A stretch of 64,000 bases of DNA from the human T2T-CHM13v2.0 reference genome, Homo sapiens. A program made the translations under genes and the position numbers. Of the stretch, positions 42,380 through 56,664 are shown piece by piece. The stretch's first letter is position 1; each line of letters begins with the position of its first letter. The stretch lies in assembly GCF_009914755.1 (NCBI RefSeq), contig NC_060936.1. The stretch is one strand, 5' to 3'. The notes below the pieces were generated by a model. That model was given only the letters and a program-made list of their open reading frames with translations, was not told the DNA's origin and did not search any database.

Positions 42380-44238
42380 TAAATATCTGTTGAATGAACA
42401 AGAGAATCAGCCCTTCCCTTTCTGAGCACATGCAGAACCCGTGCCTTCTTCTGGTTTTTAACTAATACCTAGTTTTAAGGGAGAAAATTCCACCCGCCCC
42501 CGTAAATGTCATGTTCAATCTGTCATTTGGACATGACCCAAAAGCTTAATTTTCTAAAAAGCCTCAAAGATAGGTTTAAAATCAACTCCTGGCCCTGAGC
42601 CTGGTCTGCAGAAGAAGAAATACTCCATTGTGATGGCCGCTGGGATGACCAAGCACGCGGTCTGCAGAACCTCCAGGCCACAGCATTTCACCCTCCTGCC
42701 ACCTTTTCACGACCACCACTAGCACCTGCTCCAGCGAGGCTCATTCTCCAGTGTGTTGTCTAAAGAATAAAAATAAACAGCGGCACACAGGCCCCGAGGT
42801 CCTTCCAACACACCTTCTCCGTGAAACCCAATTTTCTAAATGAAGTGGAAAGACAAGCTGCTGAATAGCTTTCAGCCCTGGTGCCTAAAAGAGAGACAAG
42901 GAGGACGCAGACATGGAGAGGTCGCTGATGTCAAACCCTAAAAAGAGCCCAAAGCCAGGGTCACTCCCCAACCCTGTTCACCCAGGGGCCAAGGCGCACC
43001 TTCTCCCACCTTCTCTGTTTTAGTGAAATAGCCAGCAACAGTTGCTGCCCTCCCAAGTCATACCAACTTCCTATAGTCTAGCCTCTATCCTTACCACTGA
43101 AACACAGAGGCCACCATGACCTTCTGATCCCCAAATTCAACCGTCTATTCTCACTGTAATAAGGAGAGTTCAAGAATCCCTGGGCTCTAGTCACTTGCTG
43201 GCTGATTTAGGAAAGTGATAGTCTCTCTAAGCCTCAAATTCTTTACTAAAAAAGCAAGTCATGCCTGCCCAACAGTGTTGTTTTAAGGTCCCAGAGAGAA
43301 ACTCCTGGCAAACTATAGCCAGACAACTGTAGTAAAACAGCACTGGGCTAAGGCCAAGTCAGCAGTCCTGCAGAGGAGGTCCTTACTCCCTTCTGCCCTT
43401 CATTTCCATGATATGGCACTGCTCTGGTTCTGCCCTTTTTACTGGCCTTTGATCTTTGGCCTCTCTCATGCAATCCTCTTTTTCTTCCTCTTGCCCTCTG
43501 AACATTCCCCCAAGTTCTGACTCAGTCCTCTTTTCTGCCCTCTGGCCCACTCCCCTTAGGGATCCTCGCTACTCTCATGGCTGAAACTGTCACCTCCATG
43601 TACGTCTTTCTCTCCACCCCAACCTCTCACTCACCTTCCAGACCCATTTCAAGCTGTTGATTCCATTTGTTCACCAAGATGGTAACTCAAAGTCATTAAG
43701 GCCAAAACCAAAGCCATCACTTGCCCTCTACCTCCAGAGGGCCCTCTTGCTGTTCTTGCGTCACTGTCCTCACAGGCATTCAAGTTCAGAACTCCAGGGC
43801 CATCTGCAACAGCCCCTCCTCCTCTCAAACATCCCACTAGTCCATCTGCTTTCCCAGCGTCTCTGGCTTCTGGCTTCCACTCTCCATTTCTACTGCTATC
43901 GCTTGATCCAAGGCCTCGCTACCTTCTTATCGGTCAACGTCAACGTTTTCCTGCAGATGCTCTCCCTGCCATCATACCTCATGCAGCTCCCAAAACCCAC
44001 CCCCTGAAGTTACTCTTGGATCCTATTTGCTCCCTGCTAAGAACCTTCCAGGGGCCCCATTCCTACTGCTCCAGCATCAGTGCTCACCCCCTCACTTCTG
44101 AAGACCCCTGAACCTCATCCCAACTTCCCTCCAGTCTTAGTCTTCCTTCATATAGCATGCGTTCATGCCAGAGGACTTACCTTGGGGATTGTGGAGTACA
44201 CCTTGTGCGTTTAGTCCCTAGACTTCTGCTCCACCTCA

Positions 44239-44564
<326 letters not shown>

Positions 44565-44769
44565 TTAGACGTTATTAAGGAATTATTGTTCATGTTCAGG
44601 TTAATAATGGTACCTTTACTTTTTTAATCGTTTATTTATTGAAATACATACTGAAGTGTTTGCAGGTGAAATGATGTAATATTTACAGCTTTTTTAAAAA
44701 ACTATTCCAGCCACACAGCAGAGGAGTCAATAGACAAAATAAGAATGGTAAAGTGCTGATAATCATTGA

Positions 44770-45144
<375 letters not shown>

Positions 45145-45204
45145 AATCGGGATGTTTCTAACTGGTCTTCCCTAGTAGACTATCAGGTACTGTGTCTGGT
45201 GACT

Positions 45205-45486
45205 GGATTTCCCTCTGTCGCCTGGGCTAGAATGCAGTGGCGCGATCACAGTTCACTGCAGCCTTGGCTTCCTGGGCTCAAGCAATCTTCCCACCTCAGT
45301 ATTTCAAGTGGCTGGGTCTACAGGTATGCACCACCATGGCCAACTATTTTTTTTTCTTTGTATTTAGGGACAGGGCCTCACTATGTTGCCCAGGCTGCTC
45401 TCAAACTCCCAGGCTCAAGCATTCCTCCCACTTCCACCTCCCAAAGTGCTGGGGATTACAGATGTGAGCCACTGCCCCAGCCTGGC
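45205..45486 (-). mobile_element. AluJ
   Basis: diverged Alu with AluJ-type gatcacagttcactgcagcc / gctcaagc. Confidence 0.85.
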
Positions 45487-46113
45487 TCATCTTTAGACCA
45501 CCAATTCTTAGCCAGAACTAAGACAGAACAGGTGACAGGTAAGTGTTTGCTCAACAAATGTCCTGTTGTAAATTTCTTCCACGCTCATGGCAACCCTGTT
45601 GAAACCGACTGTCACAGAAGGCCTAGGCAAAGAGCTGCAGGAAGCAAGCATGATTTGGAGCTATTTTGGGGAAGTGCATGAAGCAGGTCAGGGTAGCAAT
45701 GCCCCATGGAGGCAGCGCTGCAGTGGTCCATGTTCTTCCTGCTCAAATGCTTCAGCTTGAGAATACTGAAAGCAGGCTGGAAAGGAGGGTGACAGGCAGA
45801 TCTCCCTTTTCCTGTTCCAGAAAAGGAAAACTGAGACCTAAAGCCCAGAAATGGGGGCCAACACATAACAGTTGGCAATAAAACTCAAGAACTCCTACTG
45901 CCAGCCAGGAATCCCAGTTCCCTGTGTAGTAAGGAAGTCAGAAGACCTGGACCAAATCCCAGCTCCGCTTCTGACTTGCTGTACAGTTCTGGACAAGTCA
46001 CTTCCTTCCTTGGGCCCCAGTTTACCCATCCATGAAGTAAAGGACTTGGGGGTCCCGTTTTCCTCCCCAGCTCTGCTGTTTTAGAGGTCCCTGACACTGC
46101 TGCCTGCACTTAC

Positions 46114-46354
46114 CACATGGTGTGATGGTCTGAGAAGATGTCTTCTGGCTGGAAGATCTCACCGTCATAGTAACAGGGGCACTGGGCCTTGGGCACGCAG
46201 TCCCCCCTCTCATCCATGTAGAGCCCTGGGGGGCAGAAGCAGCCCTCCAGGCAGGCCTCATTGCATTCCTCATCCGGGTAAGAGAGAGAGCGGCAGGTCA
46301 GGTTGCAGGGGGTCCCGCACTGCAGGTACACCTGGCCTTTCGGGCAGTTCAGCT
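46114..46354 (-). CDS. VWF: VWF exon 16 (241 nt), TIL2: [20 protein letters not shown]...DHHTM
   Basis: translation (ORF 46110..46403); ctag|AGC, GTG|gtaagt. Confidence 0.97.
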
Positions 46355-46454
46355 CTAGAAGAGAGAGGAGAAGTAAGGCCTCAGCGGGAATGTTGGACAG
46401 CAAGGACTGTGGTTCTAGGACTTGCCACCCCTTGTAGCTGTGACCCCCAATTAT

Positions 46455-46551
46455 TTAATTAAAATTTTTATTGAGATAATTGTAGACTTGCTTGCAATTA
46501 CAAGAAGTAATGCAGAAAGATCCCATGTACCCTTTACCCAGTTTTCCCCAA
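46455..46551 (-). mobile_element. very short old L1 3' end with a perfect 15-bp TSD (gtgacccccaattat)
   Basis: TSD at 46440-46454 and 46552-46566; ttttattgagataattgtagac...cccatgtaccctttacccagtt is L1MB/MC-like. Confidence 0.7.
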
Positions 46552-49312
46552 GTGACCCCCAATTATATCTGTATGGTCACCAACTTCCTTTCCCACTATG
46601 AGCAAATGTGTATTTTTCAGCATGCAGATATGTATTATAATTATGGGGGCACACATTTTCTCCTTTCCTCAACCACAGGGAATGTGCATTAGTCATCTCT
46701 GAATTCTCAAAGCCTAGGATGTAGTAGAAATCCTGGCAGGTTTTGAAGCTGTGAATATTAAAAAGTACTGGGAATGACGGGCAAGGGCATACCCCGTGAC
46801 AACAATGAGTACCATTTATGGAGCACCTACTGAATGCCTTGCTCTTACGTGGGCTCTATGCCTCATGCCGAGTTAGCTCTCATCACCCCCTTTCAAGAAA
46901 CTTAGGCTGAGTGACTTGTTAGGGGTATACCTCACAGGAAGAAGCAGAGGAAGGATTTGAACTCAGCTCTCTGCAGCCCTAAAGCTCATGCTCATAACCC
47001 TTACTCTCTAGAAAGAAAACAGTCCCTTTGAGGACATGCTGGTCCCAAAGAGGAGGGACACTCATACCTACCACAGCGAAATGGGCTGCACCCATCTGCC
47101 CACAGCCCTCACCCTCCCTAGCCTCCCACAGAAAAATACTGCAAGAGACACAAGCCAGGAGGAAGTGTAGCAAAGTGGCAACGCAGCTAAGGGAACGGGC
47201 TCTGTATCCCAAATACCTGGGTTCACGCCCAGGTCCACCACTAGCTGGCTGTGTGACCTTGGGCAGTATCCTCACTGGATGGAATAACAGTATCCACCCA
47301 GTCTTTGTGAAGGTTGAATGAGCTAACACATTTAGAAGAATGTCTGGCATGTGGAGAATGTTCACTGCTAATAATGTTCACTGATAATAATTATTATTCT
47401 TATTGCTAAGGAAACAGCCCCAGCTCAGCGGTCCCAAGAAGGAAGGAGTATTCCAGAGAAAGGCCTAGGCCTCAGAAGCTCTGGCATTCTGGTGACAAAA
47501 TTCCTTATGGGCAGGGTAGAGGACAGGGAAGGTGTGGGGAGCATTCTGCCCTTTCAAAATGCCTTCCCTGTGCAGACCAGCTGCTGCCCAAGAAATGAGA
47601 ACCTCACCCTGGGCATGCTTCTTCTGAGACCATCACAATCCTTCCCCTCTCTGTTCAAATCCATTGCTCCAGCAGAAACCTACTGGCAGGGCATTTCACA
47701 GATGTTATAAAAGTAAGCCTTGGCCGTGAGCCTGAACAATGGAGTGGGGAGCCTCTGGAGAGACCCTGCAGCCTCCCGCTCCTACAACCACCCTGAACTT
47801 GGTGTTTGAAGGTAGCTGGGAAGGGAGGGCCTCTTTAATCCTATTAGACATTGATTTTTCTCTGCAAGAATGGAAAGGTTGGATTATTGGATGAATACTG
47901 AGGGAGTGTAGGTTAAGACAGGATGTGTTAGACAATAAAGATGGAGATGTCTTTCAACCACCTGAGCCTACAATGACAAGGGCACATTTTACCCATTAAA
48001 AAGCAGCTAGACTTGAGAACTTTCTTTGTTCTGATAGGCTATCTCTAGAGCTGGCTTGGAGCCTTATTAAATTTCTCCTTTAGCCTTCTTCCCCAAAGAA
48101 ACAATGCACTTCTCAGTTTAGCAGACACTTCTTGTGTATCCACTGCATGCCAGGGGCTATGCTAGGCCCAGGGAGGCAGAGATGGCCAGCCCTGGTCCTT
48201 GCCTTCAGAAAGCCTGTGGTCCTGTCTTCCTAAAGGGAGCACAACCAATTTGCAAGAGGAAAAAAAATGTGTGTGCTTCTCATCAATCTCCTCACACCAT
48301 CCCACAAAGTAGCTACATGGTAAGTCTGTGCTCCCTGAGTGTCTCCAATTGATGTGACCTCTTCTTACGAATAGATTCACTGGTTTAGGGAGCTCTGTTC
48401 ATTTCTCTGGAAGAGAAAGTGGAAGTGGGTAGAGGGGACAGCTGAGCCTGAGCTCTTCTCCAAGTCAAGAAAAGATTGGGGCAAGAACCCAGGAGACTTA
48501 CCCAACTGCCTTGGGTACAAAGGGACAGCCCAAGGCCATCTGGTCAGCCCAGTCTCTTGTCACATAAACCCACAGAGACAGACCCCTCTTGTCCTTAACA
48601 GTCTCCAGGGAAAGCTCCTTCCTACCACCCTTTCTACCCTATCGTAATGCCTCAGGAGTCAAGACATTCTTTAACTGAATCTTATCCCCACTACTGAAGC
48701 ATCAGCCCATTTCCCCTGTTCTGTTCAGTGGAGGTTAAGAATGGCTGTTCATGACAGATTAAAGAATATTTCAGTGGGCCCTTAGCATTCCAGGAGAATG
48801 TCCTAAATTAAGAAATCCTGCGGATGCTGCCACATACTGATAATGCATCATTTCTAACATTGGTGGACAAGCAAAGAATATTCACAAGCAGCATCTCATT
48901 CACTCCTCATTACTTTCCCCAATTTCTAAATAGCAAATGCTAAGGAAGAAACTGAAGTGCAAAGGGGTTACGTGAAGGGTTCAAGGTCCCATAACTGGTA
49001 CCTCACGGGAAAGTTGCCAGTAAGGACGCAGACCCAGTTGTCCCAGCCCCTAGCCTGTGGCTCCCCAAGACATCCCAGAGCTGGAGGAATGGGGAGGGCA
49101 CAACGGCTGCATTATGTGCTCGTCCCTTTCGTCCTTACTGTTGTCTCTGCTCCTCTTTCATATGACATTTCTACAACTCAAAACATGAGTTGGCTCATTG
49201 GACCCAAAATAGTAGCACTTCTAGGGTCCCCATGCCTACACTGCTCCTGAAATATAGATGCTAATTCCTTTCACTGTTTCTCATAACTCCTCTTCCAACA
49301 GGACCATCTACT

Positions 49313-49329
49313 TTATATATATATATATG

Positions 49330-49375
<46 letters not shown>

Positions 49376-49495
49376 GTCTTTCTCTGTTGGCCAGGTCAGA
49401 GTGCAGTGGTGCGATCATAACTCACTGCAGCCTTAAATTCCTAGACTCAAGCAATCCTCTTGCCTCAACCTCCCAAGTAGCTGGGACTACACCTA
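49313..49495 (-). repeat. (TA)n(CA)n microsatellite plus Alu monomer fragment
   Basis: direct reading. Confidence 0.85.
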
Positions 49496-50462
49496 CATTT
49501 TAATTTCTAAACACATCTACTTTACCCTAAAAAACAGAATATCCACTATGCCTTATTCTTAACAGAATATACTCGTCACTTCTATGCCTACTATGATTCT
49601 ACCATTGGAAACAAGTCTTCTCTGCCAAGAAAGCAGCTTTTTAAAACCCTAGCCAAGTACACGTCCTCCAGAAAGCCTTCCTTGGTTTTCCCTGCCCTGA
49701 ATCTACTCATCCTTTCACTTAGTAGGATAGGTATCTAGTAGGGCGGCCATTTCCATCTGTGACTCTAACAGTAAGTTTGGAGTTCTACATCATCACTGTT
49801 GCCCGACCACACTGGGCATGCAGCAAATGTCCCCAGAGCAATAACAAAAACAAAAAAGTGAGCACAATCCAGCCACCCAAGGGACCAGAGAGTGGGAGCA
49901 GATACCACCTCTGGTGCCAGGAATCCAACAGTGCAGAGTGAGAATCTAAAGCCAACTGGGGACAGTGATGTAATTCACCTTTAGGTAACTTTATACAACG
50001 CCAGAGGTTTTGTCCATCGGTGGTTTGCCTGGAGTTACAAGCAAAGGGTTTGTATGTGAATTTCCCTTGCCTTCATCGGACTCTTAAGGGAGGCGGAGAC
50101 CCAGTGGGATCTGGGACCCATTCGCTCCACAGCCTGACCTTCTGTGCTGAACGAACACTAGGTGGCAGCGGCCACGGGAAACCCAAGCTTTGCAGGGACC
50201 CCCACGTTCTAGGCCTCCAGGTAGGAGGAGCCAACCTGTCTTCCTGGAACAGGGCCGAATCATCAGCCGGTCCCCACCGCCTGTCCTGCTGGGAGGTGGA
50301 AGGGAAAAGTGGGTGCAAATGAACCGTCCTCCCCACCCGTGTTTGTCACAATGCCCTACGCCCTCTTTCCACAGGAAACAACGCAGAGAAAGGGCTTCGA
50401 AAAGCACACGTGGACGGATTTGGGGGGCGGCCCGGAGGGCTGCGGGCAGGGAGGGCACGCAC

Positions 50463-50678
50463 CACAGCGGCCTGGCTCGCGCCACGCGACGCGCACGCCT
50501 CTCCCCGCGCAGGCCGCGGCATAGCTGGCCAGGGCGCCGCACAGGCACTCGCGGCCGTCCGAGCAGGAGCACACGTCGTAGCGGCAGTTCCGCAGGTAGG
50601 GCAGCGGGCTGACGGCACGATGGCAGGCCTCGAATGTGGGGGACGTCAGGACCGCGCACGCCTCCTCGGAGAACCTGG
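50463..50678 (-). CDS. VWF: VWF exon 15 (216 nt): [20 protein letters not shown]...WREPGRC
   Basis: translation (ORF 50356..50748); acag|CCA, GTG|gtgcgt. Confidence 0.97.
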
Positions 50679-50917
50679 CTGTGGGGCGAGAGGAGCGAGC
50701 CTGGGATGTGGTGGGGAGGAGTGGGGGCCACGCCCTCCCGGTCAACACTCCCCTGGAAATAGCCCAGTGCTGCTAATAGAGGGCTGCAAGGTCACGCAGA
50801 GAAATCTGCAAATGCCACCCCCACCCCCAAGTCCATTTATCTTACAATCATCTAACGCTGAGTTTGTAAGCTGCTGCTGCAGTAGACTGGGAAGGTCGAA
50901 GGACGGGGACTATGGAA

Positions 50918-51084
50918 TTTTTTTTTTTTTTTTTTGGAGAGACACGGTCTTGCTCTGTCGCCCGGGCTGGAGTGCAGAAATGCGATCTTGGCTCACTGCG
51001 GCCTTGCCTTCCTGGGTTCATGCAACCGTCCCACGTAGCTCCCAAGTAGTTGGGATTACAGGCGCGCCCCACCACGCCCGGCAA

Positions 51085-51137
<53 letters not shown>

Positions 51138-51213
51138 TTAATAGAAATGGGGGCTCCCTACGTTGCCCAGACTGGTCTCGAACTCCTGCCCTCAAGCGAT
51201 CCTCCCGCCTCGG
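50918..51213 (-). mobile_element. AluJ with an ~(TTA)15 microsatellite in its central linker (51085-51138)
   Basis: AluJ-type ctcaagcgatcctcccgcctcgg; trinucleotide run. Confidence 0.88.
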
Positions 51214-51458
51214 TAGACTTTTTTTTTTTTTTTCTTTCCCGGGGGTTGGCCTGTGGCGGGCGCCCAATAAAGGGACTTTGAAGAGCAAATGGCCCAGTTC
51301 AGATGATCAAGTGCTGACGGTAAAAACAAAGCCCGACCCCTTTCCTCGCTCCCCGCCCCCGCCCTCCGCGGTGGGAGCACTGCCTCCGGAACGCACTGCA
51401 CTAATGTGGAGACCTCGAGATTCTGCGAGGTCCCTGCCTTGCCCCCGGGTTCACATAC

Positions 51459-51654
51459 TCATGCGCGGGTTGAGGGCGCAGGGATCGCTGTGCTGCTTCT
51501 GCAGGTCCTGGCAGTCCCCGTGCAGCTTCCAGGCGTTCCCGAAGTCCTCCACCCGGGGCTCCGCCAGCCCAGAGGGGGTAAGGAAGTCGTCGCCCTGGTT
51601 GCCATTGTAATTCCCACACAGGCCGCAGGTCTTCCCGGCGTAGACGGGGGACAG
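51459..51654 (-). CDS. VWF: VWF exon 14 (196 nt), D2 with CGLC motif: [23 protein letters not shown]...ALNPRM
   Basis: translation (ORF 51451..51765); gcag|CTG, TGA|gtatgt. Confidence 0.97.
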
Positions 51655-53032
51655 CTGCAGGAGAGACCAGGCCACTCTGGAGCCGCTGCCGCGAAAGCAG
51701 CGGCATAGTTGTTTAGCTAATGAGATGGTTTTAATAAAAAAAAAAAAGTTCCCCGGGTGAAACATAAATATGAATGTAATAAAAGGCAGCTAAGCCCTAG
51801 GCTGCAAAAGGGGGGGCGGGGGAAAGTGAACTGCAGTGTAAATTTACCAGCTCCATCCCTGTTCCCAAATCATCAGAGCCCTGTACTGCCACAAGAGATT
51901 TTAGAAATTATCAGATCATCTAAGGATGGAGAAGGGAGGCCCAAAGAGGCAAAGTGACTTGCCTAAGGTCAGGGAGGTAGTGGCGGAGCTAGGGTGAGTA
52001 GGCAGGTTGAGCCCAGCCCGAAGCACTCTGCCCTCTGTGCCATCCACACCAGTGGGCCTGACCCCCCCACCCAGAGTTACGTGCAAACTCAAGGCCCCTC
52101 TATATAGAAAGACTTCGCGTTGGTCACTCGGTGTGGGCCCAGCAGGCTGCCAGGTGTGGTCCAAGCCCTCCGGGAGCTCACGGTTAATGACAAGAAACAC
52201 CTCCCCACAACCTGCTGCCTGCCACTCAGGCCCTGGGCATCACTGAAGAGAAAGGGCCACGAGCCACAGAAGACTCTGAGGGTGATGATGGATAGGAGTA
52301 GGAGTCTGCAGAGGCTCTGAGGCAGCCTGCCAGGGTGACAGCAGCAAAGCAGCGGCACAGTTCAAACTCCAGGCCATGAGCATGTGGTTTACTGTCCATT
52401 CTCAGAACTGAACAAAGTTCTGAGCCCAAAGTGCACATTCGGGAACAACCAGCAGAGTGGAGCCCGCCCTTCCCCCACACAGCTGGGGGCATCTGCTGGT
52501 TTCTACGGAGAGGACCCCGATTTGAAGGTGGAGCGGGGGCTGGGACCCAGGAGTCCTGACTCCCTCTCCGCATGTCATTACCAAGGTGGGATGACCTCCC
52601 TGCGTTCTGAATCCCTCAGGGGCTAGGGTCAGCTCTTAGAGCCCCTTTTCAGCTTCCAGCTCCAACCTAACAAAATGCAGGGTTAACAATCCAGTAGAAG
52701 GTCCCAGGCCCATAGAAATCGAACCCAAGTAAACACTGTTAAGAAAGGGGACAGAGTAATGTTTCCTTGTTTGCTTGACAAATACCAAATGTTGTCACAT
52801 TAGGCCTTCTCCCACCTCCTTATTTAAAATTTAAATCCCCCCAATCCTGGCACATCCTGCCCCTTTCTCTGCTTTATTTCCCCCAGGATCTATCACTTTC
52901 CGATCTATAATATAATTTACTTGTTTGCTTTGTTTATTGTCTGTCTCTCTCCATTAGAACTTAAGCTAAATGAGGCAAGGATTTTTGTCTGTTTTGTCTC
53001 ACTGCTGTAATCTCAGCATCCAGAATGGTGCC

Positions 53033-53375
53033 TGTCTTAGCCCTTCCAGGCTGCTATAACAAAATACCACAGACTGCGTGGCTTATAGACAACTGATATT
53101 GATTGCCCACAGTTCTGGAATCTGGGAAGTCCAAGATGAAGGCATCAGCAGATTTGGTGTCTGGTGAGGACCCTGCTTTCCGGTTCATAGATGGTGCCTT
53201 CTAGCTGTGTCCTCACATGGTGGAAGGGGCTAGCAAGCTCTCTGAGGTCTTTTAAAAGGGCACAAATCTCATTCTTCATCATCTCCCAAAGGCCCCACCT
53301 CGTAACACCATCACCTTGGGGGTTAGGATTTCAACATATAAATTTGGGGAGGACACAGACATTCAGTCCACAGCA
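53033..53375 (-). mobile_element. solo MaLR LTR (MLT1A/MST-like) inserted in an L2 3' end
   Basis: TG...CA termini; perfect 5-bp TSD GTGCC (53028-53032, 53376-53380); followed by L2 tail tgaatgaatgaat. Confidence 0.88.
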
Positions 53376-54146
53376 GTGCCAGCAGACACTCAGTAAGTGT
53401 TTGTTGAATGAATGAATCGTTGAACAAATGAATGAATAAGTAAGTGAATGACTAGGTTCTCCTCCTGATGTGCTGGAATGCAATGCCCGCAGTCAGGGCA
53501 CCCTGGGCAAGGCGGCATAACTGGTGGTGCACCTCCACTCCCTTCCCGCCTCTCAGCATCTTTTCTCTCTCCTTTCTCAGAGTTTGATGCTCCCCAAAGG
53601 CGTTTTCATTCACCCCCACCAAGCCAGCCATCACTCCCATGTCCCACTCTAAAACCAGGTCTTCTCCCATCCCCTTGGCTTGTCTCGGAGGTCAGCTCGG
53701 CCAGGGTTAGGAGAGTGGGGGCGACACTTAGAGACTCTCTTAGTGTCACTTAGCGACACTCACTATGTGAAATAAACCTCTGGTCAGTGACAGTTCTGAC
53801 TAAATGAAGCCTGTGCAAGGATCTTTTCCACACTGCTATGCCTAAGGCAGAGCTGGGCCCTGCAGGGCAGCCAGCAGGGCAGGGAAGCAGCACACAGAGG
53901 ATGTGATTTCTGCTGGCTGGAGCCTTGCTGCCTGGACCGCCAGCCCCACGGGGACAAAGCGTACATAACACACCCAGGGGAAGGAGACCGGGGGGCCCCT
54001 AGCTGCACCTCCTCTTGCACCGCCTCTGCCCCAGCTGGCCTCCCTCCAGCTCTCGCCTCCACACTTCCATCCCCAAAAGCCCTGGTGTCAGTATTCTGAG
54101 GCTCCCCACCTCCTGCCCCAACTCAAACACCCCCTTTCCTGCTTCA

Positions 54147-54832
<686 letters not shown>

Positions 54833-55297
54833 AAAGTGAACTGGCTAACGTGAAGCACCCCCTTGAAGACCGGGGTGCAGGAGGCAAGACTGGTCAGGAA
54901 CCAGGAGACCCGAGTTCTGGTCCTTGCCCGGTAACTAAACGACCATGAGGCCTAGGGCAAGTTACTCCTGCTCCAGAAATAATGGCTCTTTATTTCCTAC
55001 TGGAAAAGGGAGGTTGACAAGAGGATCTCCCAGACCTTCCTGCTTTATGGTCTGTGGTTGCAGGTTTATTTTCATAAAAGGAAAAAAAAAAAAAAAAAGG
55101 AGTTAGTTTGAAATTCCCTCAGGAGCTCTAAGAGAGGAGAAAGAACATAGCCACACGAGGATGGAGGACGCCAGGATCTCCTGGGTGAAACCTGCCACCC
55201 TGCCCCTGCCACCCAGGATTATAGCAAGGACCCTGTGGAATACAGGACCCCAGGAGGCAGGAGGAGGCTCTCCAGGGATCCCAGGCATAATCTAGCG

Positions 55298-55813
55298 CAG
55301 TGGTTCTCAAAGTGTGGTCTTGAGACCCATAGGGGTCCCTGAGACTTTCAAGGGGTCTGCGAGACCAAAACTACTTTCATAATACTATGAAGACGCTATT
55401 TGCCTTTTCCCTCCTCATTCTCTTACAAGTATAGAGTGGAATTTTCCAGAGGCCACATGACATGCAATATTGCAAAAGATTGAATGCAGCAGTAGATATG
55501 AGAACCCAGCTGTCTCCTATTAAGCCAGCCATTAAAGAAATTTGCAGAAATGTGCAGCAGTGGTATTATTCTTGTTGCTTATTTTTGTTCTGGCAAACAG
55601 TTACTTTTCCCCAAAACAGTGATGTTTATATTAATGTGTAGTGGGTTTATTATTATAATTTTTGAATGAGTTAATAAATACATATTTTAAATGTCTCTAA
55701 TTTAATTTTCAATCTGATAAATACCAATAAATATAATCCTCCTACAAGATCTTGAGGTCCTCAATAATTTTTAAGAGTGTAAAGGCATTCAAGACCAAAA
55801 AGCGAGAACCACT
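55298..55813. mobile_element. hAT-Charlie non-autonomous DNA transposon (Charlie4a-like)
   Basis: TIRs cagtggttctc ... gagaaccact; about 515 bp. Confidence 0.75.
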
Positions 55814-56563
55814 TTTTGTTCTGATGGGAAAGGCATGAGGCAGAGAACTAATCCTCGCTCTGCCATGACACGGTTGGTGGGGGTCAGAGTGGGATCAGTC
55901 CTCTGATCAGAGGAGTCTATCCTAGCCCTGGAAGTTCTGGAGTGCGGCACCATCCCTCCACTTCCTGTGCCCTGGTTGCCTCATTTATAAAATGGCAGTA
56001 ATATTTGCACTGTCCACCTGCCAGGGTCATTTCCAGAGAAACAGTGAAAAGTATGGATTGCTATCCAGTGTGATTCCAGGACCACCAAGAACAAGAGGAA
56101 GTGGCCCACACATGCAGAGTCCCAGTGTCCAGGGGAAGAATCTGGTGGTTTCCTGAGCAACCTTTCCCGGGCAGGCTTTCTCTTAGCTGAGAGTGCCAAT
56201 CTGGCTCTTCCCTTACTGCCCACAGTGGGCACCCAGGGAGACACCCCTGCTCCCGGGCCTTGTTTCAGCCGGGAGATTGGACAGCAAACCTGCTCCTTCC
56301 CCAGCCCCACAAGAGCCCACCCCAGTCTAGAGGCCCTTGGGATAGCAGAGCCCAGCAGGAAGAATCCCCAGGGCCAAGAAGGGGCATCCAGAAAACAAAC
56401 ACCAGCCTCATAAACAAGAGAGGCCTGTTTCTCGCTCTGGGGGTGTAGGCCATGAGGAGAAAGGAATTCTTCTCCCACCACACAAAGCCATTCTACCCAG
56501 AGCACAAGGGGTACTTTGTAAGGGTCGGGCCGCAGGGAGCCAGTACCCCGTGAGGGCACCTAC

Positions 56564-56664
56564 CTTCACCAGCAGCCTCCCGCGGCCATCCCAGTCCATC
56601 TGCAGGTCCTCCCCGTAGCTGAGGCGCACGGAGGCCGTCACTGTACGCTGGATGCGGAGGTCAC
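56564..56664 (-). CDS. VWF: VWF exon 13 (101 nt): [33 protein letters not shown]
   Basis: translation; ccag|GTG, AAG|gtaggt. Confidence 0.97.

Larger units (their letters stand above)
50380..51710. promoter_or_regulatory. intragenic CpG island over exons 14-15
   Basis: very high CpG density relative to the rest of the window; GC boxes at 51353-51364, CCAAT at 51264-51268. Confidence 0.75.

Noticed and set aside
51050-51610. 186-aa ORF with poly-Tyr and 243-aa ORF (50410..51141) with poly-Leu
   Set aside because: Artefacts of the (TTA)n STR inside an AluJ and of antisense GC-rich exons
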